Origin: Mobula hypostoma
Lineage: Eukaryota
Assembly (NCBI RefSeq): GCF_963921235.1
Contig: NC_086097.1
Location: 68,884,001-68,948,000 of the forward strand
Reading direction: 5' to 3'
DNA: 64,000 nucleotides
Under the pieces are notes generated by a model. That model was not told the origin of the DNA. It saw only the letters and a list, made by a program, of their open reading frames with translations, and did not search any database. Numbering within the stretch: the first letter of the stretch is position 1; every line of letters begins with the position of its first letter. Shown here piece after piece: positions 1 to 12,090 of this stretch. The translations under genes and the position numbers were made by a program.

Positions 1-430
1 TTCTACCTATGTCGTTGGTACCAATATGTACCATGACCTCTGGCTGTTCACCTTCCTACTTCAGGATATTGTGGCCGTGATCAGAAACATCCTGGACCCT
101 GGTGCCTGGGAGACAAACTACCATCTATGTTTCTTTCCTGCATCCACAGATTCGCCTGTCTGACCCCCTAACTATAGAGCCCCTATCACTGCTGCCATCC
201 TTTTCCTTGCCCTGCCCTTTTGAGCCACAGGGCCAGACTCTGTGCCAGAGGTGCGGCCACTGTAGGTCATTTCCCCCAACAGTACTCAAACAGGGGTACT
301 TATTGTTAAGGGGGACAGCCACATGGGTACTCTCTAGTATCTGACTCTTGCCCTTCTCTCTCCTGATGTTACCCACTTATCTGTCTCCTGAGGCTCTGGT
401 GTGACTACTTGCCTATAGCTCCTCTCTGTC
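1..430 (-). mobile_element. CR1 LINE ORF1 fragment (SGNH esterase-like domain), degenerate
   Basis: Minus strand reads ...EGEQPEVMVHIGTNDIGR and a decayed GDS block (DRGSIVRGSDRRICGC), typical of CR1 ORF1 esterase domains; contains stops. Confidence 0.75.
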
Positions 431-534
431 TCATAGCATCTCATAGATTATACACCTCTCTCAATTGTCCTCTGCTCCAAGGAAAACAAATTCATCCTTC
501 AACTACAACCCTCCCAGTCTGCTTTTTGTAATGA

Positions 535-832
535 TGTGGGTGTGGAGAGGATGGTTTCTATGGTGGGAGAGTCTAAGACCAGAGAATACAGCCTCAGGTA
601 GAGGGGCATCATTTTAGAATGGAAATGAGGAAGGTGACAAACCTGTGGCATTCTTTGCCACATGAATCTGTGGAGGTCAAGTCCTTATGTATACTTAAGG
701 CAGAGGTTGATAGACTCTTGATTGGTCAGGGCATGAAGAGTTACAGGGAAAGGGCAGGAGATTGGGGCTGAGAAAAATTGGATCAGCCATGATGAAATGG
801 CCTAATTCTGCTCCTAAATCTTATGGTCTTAT
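535..832 (+). mobile_element. CR1 LINE 3' end fragment
   Basis: Resembles the ORF2 C-terminus and 3' UTR of other CR1 copies in this window. Confidence 0.7.
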
Positions 833-899
833 AATGACATCCCTTCATCTCAGCTCCTCCATCTCAGCTTCATCTGATCACAAAATGAGACTTTCTGTT

Positions 900-3600
900 C
901 AAGGACTTCCGTATTGTCTTGGGTTACAGAATGATGCTGATCAGCTGGTAGGTTGGGGTAAGCAATAGCAAATGTGCAAAATGATGTATTTTGGGAGGTC
1001 TAATCAGAAGAAGAGAGAGACCTTTGTGTAAAAGTCCACAGCTCTCTAAAGATGACAACAGAAACCAAGAGGCTGGTGATGAAGGATTTCTTCTGTCATT
1101 GCAGAAGCTCTCACATATATTATCTAAGAGAAATATCCAATGGTGCATTCATCACCACCACCCCTAAAAAAACCTGAACTTTTATATTATGGATATGTGT
1201 ATTTTTACATTTCATATTGAATTTTTACATTTTGAATCTTGTAGGCAGTAGTGGCAATAGCGACTGGTTAATGGATAGAAAGCTAAGATTAGGAATGAAC
1301 AAGCCATAAATACTGGGGTGTTGCAGTGATTTGAGCTGGGGCCAAAAAGTGAATGTCAACAGCAATGTGATGTGAAAAGTGAGATTAATTCACTTTGGTA
1401 GAAAAGAACAGAAAGGTGGAGTACTTTAAAATAGTGAGAAATTAGAAGTTGTTGACTTTCAAAGGCATTTAGGTGGCTTGCATACAAATCACTGAAAATT
1501 AGCAAAGCATCAGTTAGCTTTCAATGCAAAAGGATTTGAACTCAAATCTGAGAACACTTGTTCCAGTCATCTGGATTCCAGATGAGACCACATCTGGCAT
1601 ATTGCGTATGAGATTTTCACCCTACCTAAGAAGTGATATACTTGCAATTAGGGAAGCACAACAAGGGTTCATCAGATTCATTCCATGGTGGTGGATTTAC
1701 TGTTTGAGAAGAGATTAGTCAGGCTAGGTCTAAACTGATTTTCAAAGTATGAAAGGTGATCTCTCCAGAGGCAGATCAGCAAACATTTAAGCAGAGAGAT
1801 ATTTTAAAAAGCTCAGCAAAGGTATGTTGTAATGAGAAAGAAAGGTCCTACAGAAAGGATGGATCAACTGGGGCTAATGAAGGAAGTAAGGATAGTATTA
1901 AATTGAAAGAGAAAGGCATAAAACACAAAGATTAGTGCTGGGGCAGAGTGTAATGAAAATTTAAGAAACCAGCAAAGGATAATTACAAAAAACATAAAAA
2001 AAGAAAGAAGAGACTATGAAAGTGAGCTACCAAACGATATAAAATAGAGCTTCTGCAGGTATATAAATGGAAGAGAATAATTGAAATAAACTTTGGTCCC
2101 TTATGCAATTAGACAGGGGAAATAATGAGAAGAAATAGAGAAATGACAGAGATTCTGGGCAACATTCTCAGTCAATATTCAAATGAAAGACACTAAAAAC
2201 ATTTCATTATTAATAGCTAATTGAGGGACAATAGGAAGGAAGGAAGTTAAAATGAGAGAAAAATTGCAAGGCAAACAAATGAGTTAAAATTAATAAATCC
2301 TGTAGAGTTGATAACCTCTATTCCTGCATCTTAAGGGAAGAGATGTAGAAACAATGGATTTACCAAGATCCTCTGAATTCTGGCAAATGTAATGGGTCAA
2401 ATACAGAAAGGAAAGAGATAGCAGGAACCTAGCCCTGTTAGCCTAATGTCTGCCATAGGAAAATGCTGGAATTTATTATCAAGGAGGAACTTAGAAATCA
2501 TTGGAGAACCAAGCAGAGCCAGCATGCTTTTATGAATAGGAAATCATGTTTAACAAATTTATTAGAGTTCTTTGAAGATGTAACAAACAGGTGCCACATA
2601 AAAGATTCCAACATAAGAGTACGTGGCGTTGAGAATAACGTTTTGACATGGATAAAAAGGATTTGCTAAATAGCCACAGGGATCTGTGCTGAGACCTCAA
2701 TTATTTATAATCTATATTGATGACTTGGATGAAGAAACCAAAAGTACTATAGCCAAATGTGGTGAAGATACAAAGGCAGGTGGATTAACATGTGTTGAGG
2801 AGAACTCAAAGAGCTTGTCAACAGTATATGTGAATGTGTGAGTGGGTAAAACATCAGCAGATGGTATAAAATATGAGAAAATATTATGTTATCCATTTTG
2901 GAAGGAAGAATGAAAATTCAAATTATTTAAATGGGGTCAGACTACAAAATGTTGCAAAACTAACAGATCTAACACAAAAGGTTAACATGCAGTTCCAGCA
3001 CATAATTAGGAAGGTTAATATTTGGCTTTTATTGCAATGGAGTAAAAATAGAAAGTGCTAGTGTCTTCACAGGCTGTTCAGTTCAGATCAGATTTGTTCT
3101 CCATATTTAAGAACTGATGTACCCGTAATGGTGGTAGTGAAAAGAGAATACTCTAGATTGATCCCAAGGAGAAAGGGCATACCGCATGATGGTTGAGCAG
3201 TTTGGGCCTACACACATTAGACCTTTCAGAAAAATCTAAAAAGGTCTTATTGAAACATACACAAGTGAATGCTGAGAGAAAATTCCCTTTGTGATGATCT
3301 CAAATTAGAGGGCATACTTCTTCAGAATAAAAAGTCACTCATATAAAATGAAGATGAGGAGGAATTTCTGCTCAAAGGGTCATAAATTCCTGGAATTCCT
3401 GGAATTTCCCAGAGAGTAATGGAGGTGGAGTCCAAGGCAGGCATTGACAGACAATTAAGCTACAAGGGTGTCGAGGGCACTCAGAGAGAGAAAGAAAATT
3501 ATGTTGAGTCAAGATTGGATCAACCATCATCTTACTGAATATGGATCGGGCTCATGGGATCAATTGAGCCACTACTATTCCTGTTTTTGTGTTCTAATGA
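900..3600 (+). mobile_element. Cluster of old degenerate CR1 ORF2 fragments
   Basis: Remnant RT motifs QHAFMNRKSCLTNLLEFFEDVT (2463-2669) and YVIHFGRKN (2873-3061); many stops and frameshifts. Confidence 0.75.
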
Positions 3601-3835
3601 ATGGCAAGATAATCCCACGAGGCTCACAGCATGTTTCTCATGGTTGGGGTGTCCAGAACCAGGAGTTACTGTCTCAAAATAAGGAGTCAGCCATACAAGT
3701 CTTAGATGAGGATTGTAGGAATTCTCTAACTGAAGGGCACTAAAGTCTCAATCAGCTACAATATTATTAAAGAGAGCAATAGATTTCAGGTATTCTTCAG
3801 GTATTCAGAAAATGAAGAGTACAGAAAAGAGGCAC

Positions 3836-6701
3836 ATAACCATATAACAATTACAGCACGGAAACAGGCCATCTCGGCCCTTCTAGTCCGTGCCGAAAGC
3901 TACTCTCACCTAATCCCACCGACCTGCACTCAGCCCATAACCCTCCATTCCTTTCCTGTCCATATAGCTATCCAATTTAACTTTAAATGACAATATCGAA
4001 CCTGCCTCTACCACTTCTGCTGGAAGCTCATTCCACACAGCTACCACTCTCTGAGTAAAGAAGTTCCCCCTCATGTTACCCCTAAACTTTTGCCCTTTAA
4101 TTCTCAACTCATGTCCTCTTGTTTGAATCTCCCCTGCTCTCAATGGAAAAAGCCTATCCATGTCAACTCTATCTATCCCCCTCGTAATTTTAAATACCTT
4201 TATCAAGTCCCCCCTCAAACTTCTGCGCTCCAAAGAATAAAGACCCAACTTGTTCAACCTTTCTCTGTAACTAAGGTGATGAAACCCAGGTAACATTCTA
4301 GTAAATCTTCTCTGTACTCTCTCTATTTTGTTGACATCTTTCCTATAATTCGGTGACCAGAACTGTACACAATACTCCAAATTTGGCCTTACCAATGCTT
4401 TATACAACTTCAACATTACATCCCAACTCCTATACTCAATGCTCTGATTAATAAAGGCCAGCATACCAAAAGCTTTCTTCACCACCCTATCCACATGATA
4501 TTCCACCTTCAGGGAACTATGCACCATTATTCCTAGATCCCTCTGTTCTACTGCATTCTTCAATGCCCTACCATTTACCATGTACGTCCTATTTTGATTA
4601 GTCCTACCAAAATGTAGCACCTCACATTTATCAGCATTAAACTCCATCTGCCATCTTTCAGCCCACTCTTCTAACTGGTCTAAATCTCTCTGCAAGCTTT
4701 GAAAACCTATTTCATTATCCACAACTCCACCTATCTTAGTAACATCTGCATACTTACTAGTCCAATTTACCACCCCATCATCCAGATCATTAATGTATAT
4801 GACAAAAAACTTTGGACCCAGTACAGATCCCTGAGGCACACTGCTAGTCACCGGCCTCCAATCTGACAAAGTTATCCACCACTACTCTCTGGCGTCTCCC
4901 ATCCAGCCACTGCTGAATCCATTTTACTACTTCAATATTAATACCTAATGATTGAACCTCCCTAACTAACCTTCCATGTGGAACCTTGTCAAAGGCCTTA
5001 CTGAAGTCCATATAGACAACATCTACTGCTTTAACCTCGTCAACCTTCCTTGTAACCTCTTCAAAAAATTCAATAAGATTCGTCAAACATGACGTTCCAC
5101 GCACAAATCCATGTTGACTGTTCCTAATCAGACCCTGTCTATCCAAATAATTATACATACCATCTCTAAGAATACTTTCCATCAATTTACCCACCACTGA
5201 TGTCAAACTCACAGGCCGATAATTGCTAGGTTTACTCTTAGAACCCTTTTTAAACAATGGAACCACATGAGCAATATGCCAATCCTCCGGCACCATCCCC
5301 ATTTCTAAAGACATTTGAAATATTTCTGTCAGAGCTCCTGCTATTTCTACACTAACTTCCCTCATGGTCCTAGAGAATATCCTGTCAGGACCTGGAGACT
5401 TACCTACTTTTATATTCCTTAAAAGTGCCAGTCCTTCCTCTTCTTTAATTATCATAGTTTCCATATCTTCCCTACCTGTTTCCCTTACCTTACACAATTC
5501 AATATCCTTCTCCTCAGTGAATACCGAAGAAAAGAAATTGTTCAGAATCTCTTTTCGCTCCACACATAGCTGTCCACTCTGATTCTCTAAGGGACCAATT
5601 TTATCCCTCACTATCCTTTTGTTATTAATATAACTGTAGAAACCCTTTGGATTTATTTTCACCTTACTTGCCAAAGCAACCTCGTATCTTCTTTTAGCTT
5701 TTCTAATTTCGTTCTTAAGGTTCTTTTTACATTCTTTATATTCCTTGAACACCTCATTTACTCCATGCTGCCTATATTTATTGTAGATATCTCTCTTTTT
5801 CCAAACCAAGTATCCAATATCCCTTGAAAACCATGGCTCTCTCAAACTTTTAACCTTTCCTTTCAACCTAACAGGAACATAAAGATTCTGTACCCCCAAA
5901 ATTTCACCTTTAAATGACCTCCATTTCTCTATTACATCCTTCCCATAAAACAAATTGTCCCAATCCACTCCTTCTAAATCCTTTCGCATCTCCTCAAAGT
6001 TAACCTTTCTCCAATCAAAAAACTCAACCCTGAAACCAGATCTATCCTTCTCCATAGTTACACCGAAATTAATGGCATTGTGATCATTGGACCCGAAGTG
6101 CTCCCCAACACAAACCTCCGTCACCTAACCTATCTCATTCCCTAACAGGAGATGCAACACTGCCCCTTCTCTAGTTGGTACCTTTATGTATTGCTGCAAA
6201 AAACTATCCTGCACACATTTTACAAACTCCAAACCATCCAGCCCTTTTACAATATGGGCGTCCCAGTCTATGTGTCAAAAATTAAACTCTCCCACAATCG
6301 CAGCCTTGAGCTTACTACAAATATCTGCTATCTCCTTACAAATTTGCTCCTCCAATTCTCACTCCCCATTTGGTGGTCTATAATACACCCCTATAAGTGT
6401 TACTACACCTTTCCCATTCCTCAATTCCACACAAATAGCCTCCCTAGACGAGCCCTCTAATCTATCCTGCCAGAGCACCGCTGTAATATTTTCTCTGACA
6501 AGCAATTCAACACCTCCCCCTCTTGTCCCTCCGATTCTATCACACCTGAAGCAATGAAAGCCAGGAATATTTAGTTGCCAATCACACCCCTCCTGTAACC
6601 ATGTTTCACTAATAGCTACCACATCATACTTCCAGGTATCAATCCATGCTTTAAGCTCATCCACCTTTCTTATAATGCTCCCAGCATTAAAATAAATGCA
6701 T
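3836..6701 (-). mobile_element. Young CR1 LINE with near-complete ORF2 (APE endonuclease + reverse transcriptase), disrupted
   Basis: ORFs 6359-6664 (AISETWL endonuclease motif), 4844-6124 (KSPGPD, NYRPVSLTS, DFSKAFD) and 3910-4869 (PQGSVLGP, YADV in place of YADD); short-repeat 3' tail near 3836. Confidence 0.95.
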
Positions 6702-6991
6702 TTAGACTATAGACAATAGTTGCAGGAGTAGGCCATTCGGCCCTTTGAGCCAGCACCACCATTCACTATGATCATGGCTGATCATCCACAATCAGTATCC
6801 AGTTCCTGCCTTATCCCCATAACCTTTGATTCCGCTATCTTTAAGAGCTCTATCCATCTCTTTCTTGAAAGCATCCAGAGACTTGGCCTCCACTGCCTTC
6901 TGGGGTAGAGCATTCCACATATCCACCTCTCTCTGGGTGAAAAAGTTTTTCCTCAACTCAGTTCTAAATGGCCTACCCCTTATTCTTAAAC
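6702..6991 (-). mobile_element. Short 5'-truncated CR1 3' end, different subfamily
   Basis: ORF 6792-7001 encodes a CR1 C-terminus (RKNFFTQREVDMWNALP); flanked by the direct repeat ATAAATGCAT at 6692-6701 and 6992-7001. Confidence 0.85.
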
Positions 6992-7545
6992 ATAAATGCA
7001 TGGAAGCTAAAGCTCAACAGTAGTCTTACTGAATGGGAAAGTGACTGGCCAGGACTGACTGCTGATCGGATTCAGCAAGAGTTTTCAGGGAAAAAATGTC
7101 CCAACTCTGAAGAACAATACCTTCAGAATCTCTGTTCTTCCATCATTGTGAGACCCAGTCGGTCTATCACTGACCTCCTGGGATGGTCACACAGAGAGCT
7201 CAAGTATGTGGTTCAGTATGATTCTATACTATTAGGCTTTTGTGGGTGCTTTAAACTAATGTGATAACAGTCAATTACACTCTCCATCTGTGGGAATATT
7301 GTAACTTTTGTAGAAACCATGTGCATTGCCTGCTGCTCCCTACATAACCAGGAGGTGAGGTTATGTTTTCTTCAGTGAAAACCTTTCTCCATCTCTCTGA
7401 TGTGATGATAGTTAATATATTGACTTTCTGTTGCTGATATCTCCATAACCAGCTTGGAATAGCCCTGCTGGTAATATTTAGGACAACTGTGAGTTTTACA
7501 GCCGCAGTTAGAATTGTTCAAGTTGCATTTGTGACTGCACATCTG

Positions 7546-7959
7546 TGTCACAACCACGGATTCAGTAGCGCAGTAGATACAGCAATTGCGCTTGTGAATT
7601 TGCACGTGTCAGCTAATTATTATTTAATCATGATAGTATTTAACTCCATCGTAGTGCTTGTCAAGACCTGGACAGAGCACAGCAATGCTTCGCTGTCTGT
7701 TTGCTTTCGGCCTTCCCTGAGAAATTGCACTTTCGAGTCAACAGATTCTGAAGACCAGCGGTATTTGTTTAATTAGATTTTCTTTTCAGTCACAGTGTAG
7801 GTTTCATTTCCCTTTTGAGAGTTTTAGTTAACAGCCCTATTTGGCCAGGCACTTATTGTTTATTTTCCCTTTAACACTGTTCACATTAAAGTCTGTGAAC
7901 TATCGACCCACTTCAGTGTCTCTCACTCTGCACTTGGTCCATATCTGAACCTGGTAACA
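7546..7959 (+). mobile_element. Solo LTR (Gypsy-like)
   Basis: TGTCA...TAACA termini with 5-bp TSD ATCTG (7541-7545, 7960-7964); first 15 nt TGTCACAACCACGGA are identical to the LTR at 34354. Confidence 0.8.
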
Positions 7960-8379
7960 ATCTGATCTGTGATTGAGTGATCTTTGTTCCCAAGTTCTTG
8001 CAGGAGCAGTTTCTGAAGAGTTTCTCCTCAGTCAGATTACTAATGGACATTTTCTTCCTGAAATACTCTCCTGACTGAAGTCTTTCCCTTCCTATATTTC
8101 TGATGGCCCTCTCTGCCTCTTCATCCCTTTTATGCTGACAGTCAAGCAGAGAATTGTCAACACTCTATTAGCAAAATGGAGGACAATGTAGGAGAGAAGG
8201 GTTAAATTGATCTTAAAGTAGGTTACAAGGTTCATGTGCCAACTTGGAGAGATAAATGATAACTGGAGATTCCTAGCCCTATGCTACCTCCTCACTCCAA
8301 TGAATAAACTTCAAAGTACTTAATTCAATCATCATAAACTTGTACATCCTTAAGGATCATTTTAGATAGTTCGGGTGGG

Positions 8380-9530
8380 GTCATAGAGTCATAGCATACA
8401 GCAAGGAAACAGACACTTCAGCCCAGCTCATTCATACTGACCAAGATGTCTATCCAAGCTAATACCGTTTGCTTGCATTTGGCACAGATCCCAGATCTAA
8501 ACCTTTTCTGTCTATGTACCTATCCAAATGCCTCTTCTACATTGCAACTGGCTGTGCCTCTACAATCTTCCTCCTCATACCCCCACCTCCTGTGTGAAAA
8601 TGTTTCCCCTCAGATCCCTTTTTAACTTTTCCCTCTCATCTAAAACTTATGCTCTTTAGTTTTAAGGTTTGCTCCCCTCTGAAAAGACCATGTGCGTTCA
8701 CCCTATCTATGATTTTATATGCCTCTATAAAGTCACCTATCAGCCTGCTGTACTCCAAGGATAAAAGTCCCGCCTATTCAGCTTATCCTTAAAACTCAAG
8801 CCCTCCAGTCTCAGTAGCATTCTTGTGAATCTTTTCTGTATTTTTTACCAACTTGATGACATCCTTCCTATAGCTGGCCAACCAATACTCCAAATTATGG
8901 CCTCATCAATAACTTGTATAGTTGCAACATGATGTTCTAACTCTTGTTAGAACTCAATGCCCTTACCATTGAAGGCTAGCAACCATCTTCTTCATGGCCC
9001 TATCTGACCATATCTCCATTTTCAGGGAATTATGCACCTTTAGTCCTAGGTCTCCCTGTTCCACAACTCCCTCCAAGACCCTAATACACTGTAACTGTTA
9101 AAGTGCTGGTATGATTTAACTTACTAAAATGCCACATTTTATACTCAAGTCCAAGTTAAATTCCATTTTCCATTCCTTGATCAACTTTTTTATTTCATCT
9201 AGACCCTACTGTCAGCTGTCATCTTTACTGCCCACTACGCCACCAGTTTTGGTGTCATCCACAAATTTACTAATAGTTCTCATTCATTCAGATTATTTAT
9301 ATACTGCAGGTGACAAACAACAGTGGACCAAGCACCATTCCCTACATCATAGCATCAAACACAAGCCTCCGACTTGAATAACAACCCTGCACTACCACCC
9401 TCTATCTTCTACACCATGCCAATTTTGTACTGAATTGACTTGCTCATCCTGTTTCCTATGTGATCCAATCTTCCTGACTAAAGTTCCACGTATGACCTTG
9501 TCAAAGGGTCAAATCCTTTCTGCTCTATGA
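8380..9530 (-). mobile_element. Degenerate CR1 3' part
   Basis: Colinear similarity with the CR1 at 3836-5050. Confidence 0.75.
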
Positions 9531-10261
9531 TCAATACATGGCATCAGCAAAAATCATGGTGTCCAATTTGGCATAGTTAGGCTTCAAATTGGCAATGCAG
9601 AAGGATTAACATCATCTACATCCCAACCCGCAATGTTCAGAACACATCATCTGCTGGATATTCAATTTGTTTAAGTATGCAATATTGCACTAACAATGGG
9701 CACTCAAATTGAAACAAATCACCACCCATAACATTCAAGAAAACTTCAAGCAAGCCAATTTCACTGCCACCAAGTATAATTCAAACTGCTTACTGTAAAG
9801 AAAACTCTATGGGACAAAGGTCTACAGATAACCAGAAGAACAAAAAATATAGGATAGAATTTGGCCATTCAGCCCATTAAGTCTGCTCCGTCACTTCATC
9901 ATGGAAGATCCATTTTCCCTTTCAACCCCATTTTTCGTGTCTTTTCTTTGTAACCTTTCAAGCCCTGACTAATCAAGAACTGATCGACCTCTGCCTTAAA
10001 AACACCCCATGACCTGTCCTCCACAGCCACCTGTGGCAATGAATTCCATAGATTCACCACCCTCTGGCTAAAGAAATTCCTCCTCATCAACATTCTAAAT
10101 GGACATCACTGTATTCTGAGGCTGCCCCCTCTGGTCCTAGACTCCACAACTATAGGAAACATCCTCTGCACATCTACTCTATCTAGGACCTTCAACATTT
10201 GATAGGTTTCAATGAGACACCCCTCATTCTTCTGAGTAGAGGCCCAAAGCCATTAAATACT

Positions 10262-12090
10262 ACTCATCTCTCTGACACCTCCTCTTACGTACCCCTGGAA
10301 CAGGACCTCACCAAAAAACATCAAACCATTGTCTCCCGTACCATCACTGCCCTTATCAACTCCGGCGACCTTCCATCCTCAGCCGCTAAACTCATAATTC
10401 CCACACCCCGTACCGCTTGGTTTTACCTCAAAGCCCTTCGCCACTTTCTGGACAATAGACCTCACCAGTTCCCCACTACCACCACCCTCCTCCAGTTGGC
10501 GGAACTGGTACTCACACTTAATAACTTCTCTTTTGGCTCTTCCTACTTTCTTCCTACTAAAGGTGTAGCTATGGGAACTCGCATGGGCCCCAGTTATGCC
10601 TGCCTCTTCGTTGGTTATGTGGAACAGTCTGTGCTCCAAACCTATTCTGGTACTGCTCCCCAACTTTTCCTTCAGTACATTGATGACTACATTGGTGCTG
10701 CTTCCTGCACCCATGCTGAGCTCGTCAATTTCATCGACTTTACTTCAAACTTCCACCCAGCCCTCAAATTCACTTGGCCTATCTCGGACACTTCTCTCCC
10801 CTTTCTCGATCTCTCGGTCTCCATCTCTGGAGACAGACTGTCCACAGACATCTTCTACAAGCCCACTGACTCTCTTAACTACCTCAACTATACCTCTTCC
10901 CTCCCCGCCACATACAAAAATGCCATTCCCTATTCCCAGTTTCTCCATCTCCGCCGCATCTGCTCCCAGGATGAGGCTTTCCATTCCAGGACATCTCAAA
11001 TGTCCTCTTTCTTTAAGATTCATGGTTTCCCTTCTGCTGTCATCAATGATGCCCTCACCTGCATCTCCTCCATTTCCCGCACTTCGGCCCTCACCCCATC
11101 CTCCCACCACCACAACAGGGACAGAGTTCCCCTTGTCCTCACCTACCACCCCACCAGCCTCCGGATCCAGCACATTATCCTCTGCAACTTCCGCCACCTT
11201 CAACAGGACCCCAGCACTAAGCACATCTTTCCCTCCCCACCCCTCTCCGCTTTCCGCAGGGATCGGTCCCTCCACGACTCCCTGATCCACACGTACCTCC
11301 CCATGGATCTCCCACCCAGCACTTAACCCTGTAAGTGTAAGTGCTACACCTGTCCCTACACCTCCTCTCTTGCCACCATTCAGGGCCCCAAACAGTCCTT
11401 CCAGGTGAGGCAACACTTCACTTGTGAGTCTGTTGGGGTCACCTATTGCATCCGGTGCTCCCGGTGCGGCCTCCTCTACATCGGTGAAACCCGACGCAGA
11501 TTGGGGGACCGCTTCGTCAAGCACCTCCGCTCCGTCCGCCACAACAGGCAGGATCTCCCGGTAGCCACCCACTTCAACTCTGCTTCCCATTCCCATTCGG
11601 ATATGTCCATACATGGCCTCCTCTACTGCCATGATGAGGCTAAACCCAGGTTGGAGGAGCAGCACCTCGTATACCATCTAGGTAGTCTCCAGCCCCTTGG
11701 TATGAACATAGAATTCTCCAACTTCCGGTAATTCCCTCCCCCTCCCTTCCTCTATCCCTATTTCACTCTGCCCCCTCCCCCAGCTACCTATCACCTCCCT
11801 CATGGTTCCGCCTCCTTCTACTACCCATTGTGTTTTCCTCTATTCCTTCTTCACCTTTCCTGCCTATCACCTCCCTGCTTCCCTTCCCCCACCCCTTTAT
11901 CTTTCCCCTTACTGGTTTTTCACCTGGAACCTACCAGCTTCTCCTTCCCACCCTCCCCCCACCTTCTTTATAGGGCCTCTGCCCCTTCTCTCTACAGTCC
12001 TGACGAAGGGTTCCGGCCCAAAACATTGACTGATTGTTTCCACGGTGCTGCCCGACCTGCTGAGTTCCTCCAGCGTGTTGTGAGTGTTAC
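10262..12090 (+). mobile_element. Penelope-like element (RT + GIY-YIG endonuclease), 5'-truncated, with internal RT deletion
   Basis: ORF 10199-11326 has GVAMGTRMGPSYA and YIDD; ORF 11405-11731 has GVTYCIRCSRCGLLYIGET; pyrimidine-rich 3' region; TSD-like TACTACTC/TACTGCTC. Confidence 0.95.
11995..12032 (+). ncRNA. Degenerate minimal hammerhead ribozyme motif in Penelope terminus
   Basis: CAGTC-CTGACGA-AGGG.TTCCGG.CCC-AAAAC-ATT-GACTG; GAAA is mutated to AAAA and GTC to ATT. Confidence 0.6.

Noticed and set aside
10596..11677. Long overlapping ORFs (229 aa plus, 310 aa minus)
   Set aside because: Alternative-frame and antisense shadows of the C-rich Penelope ORF.
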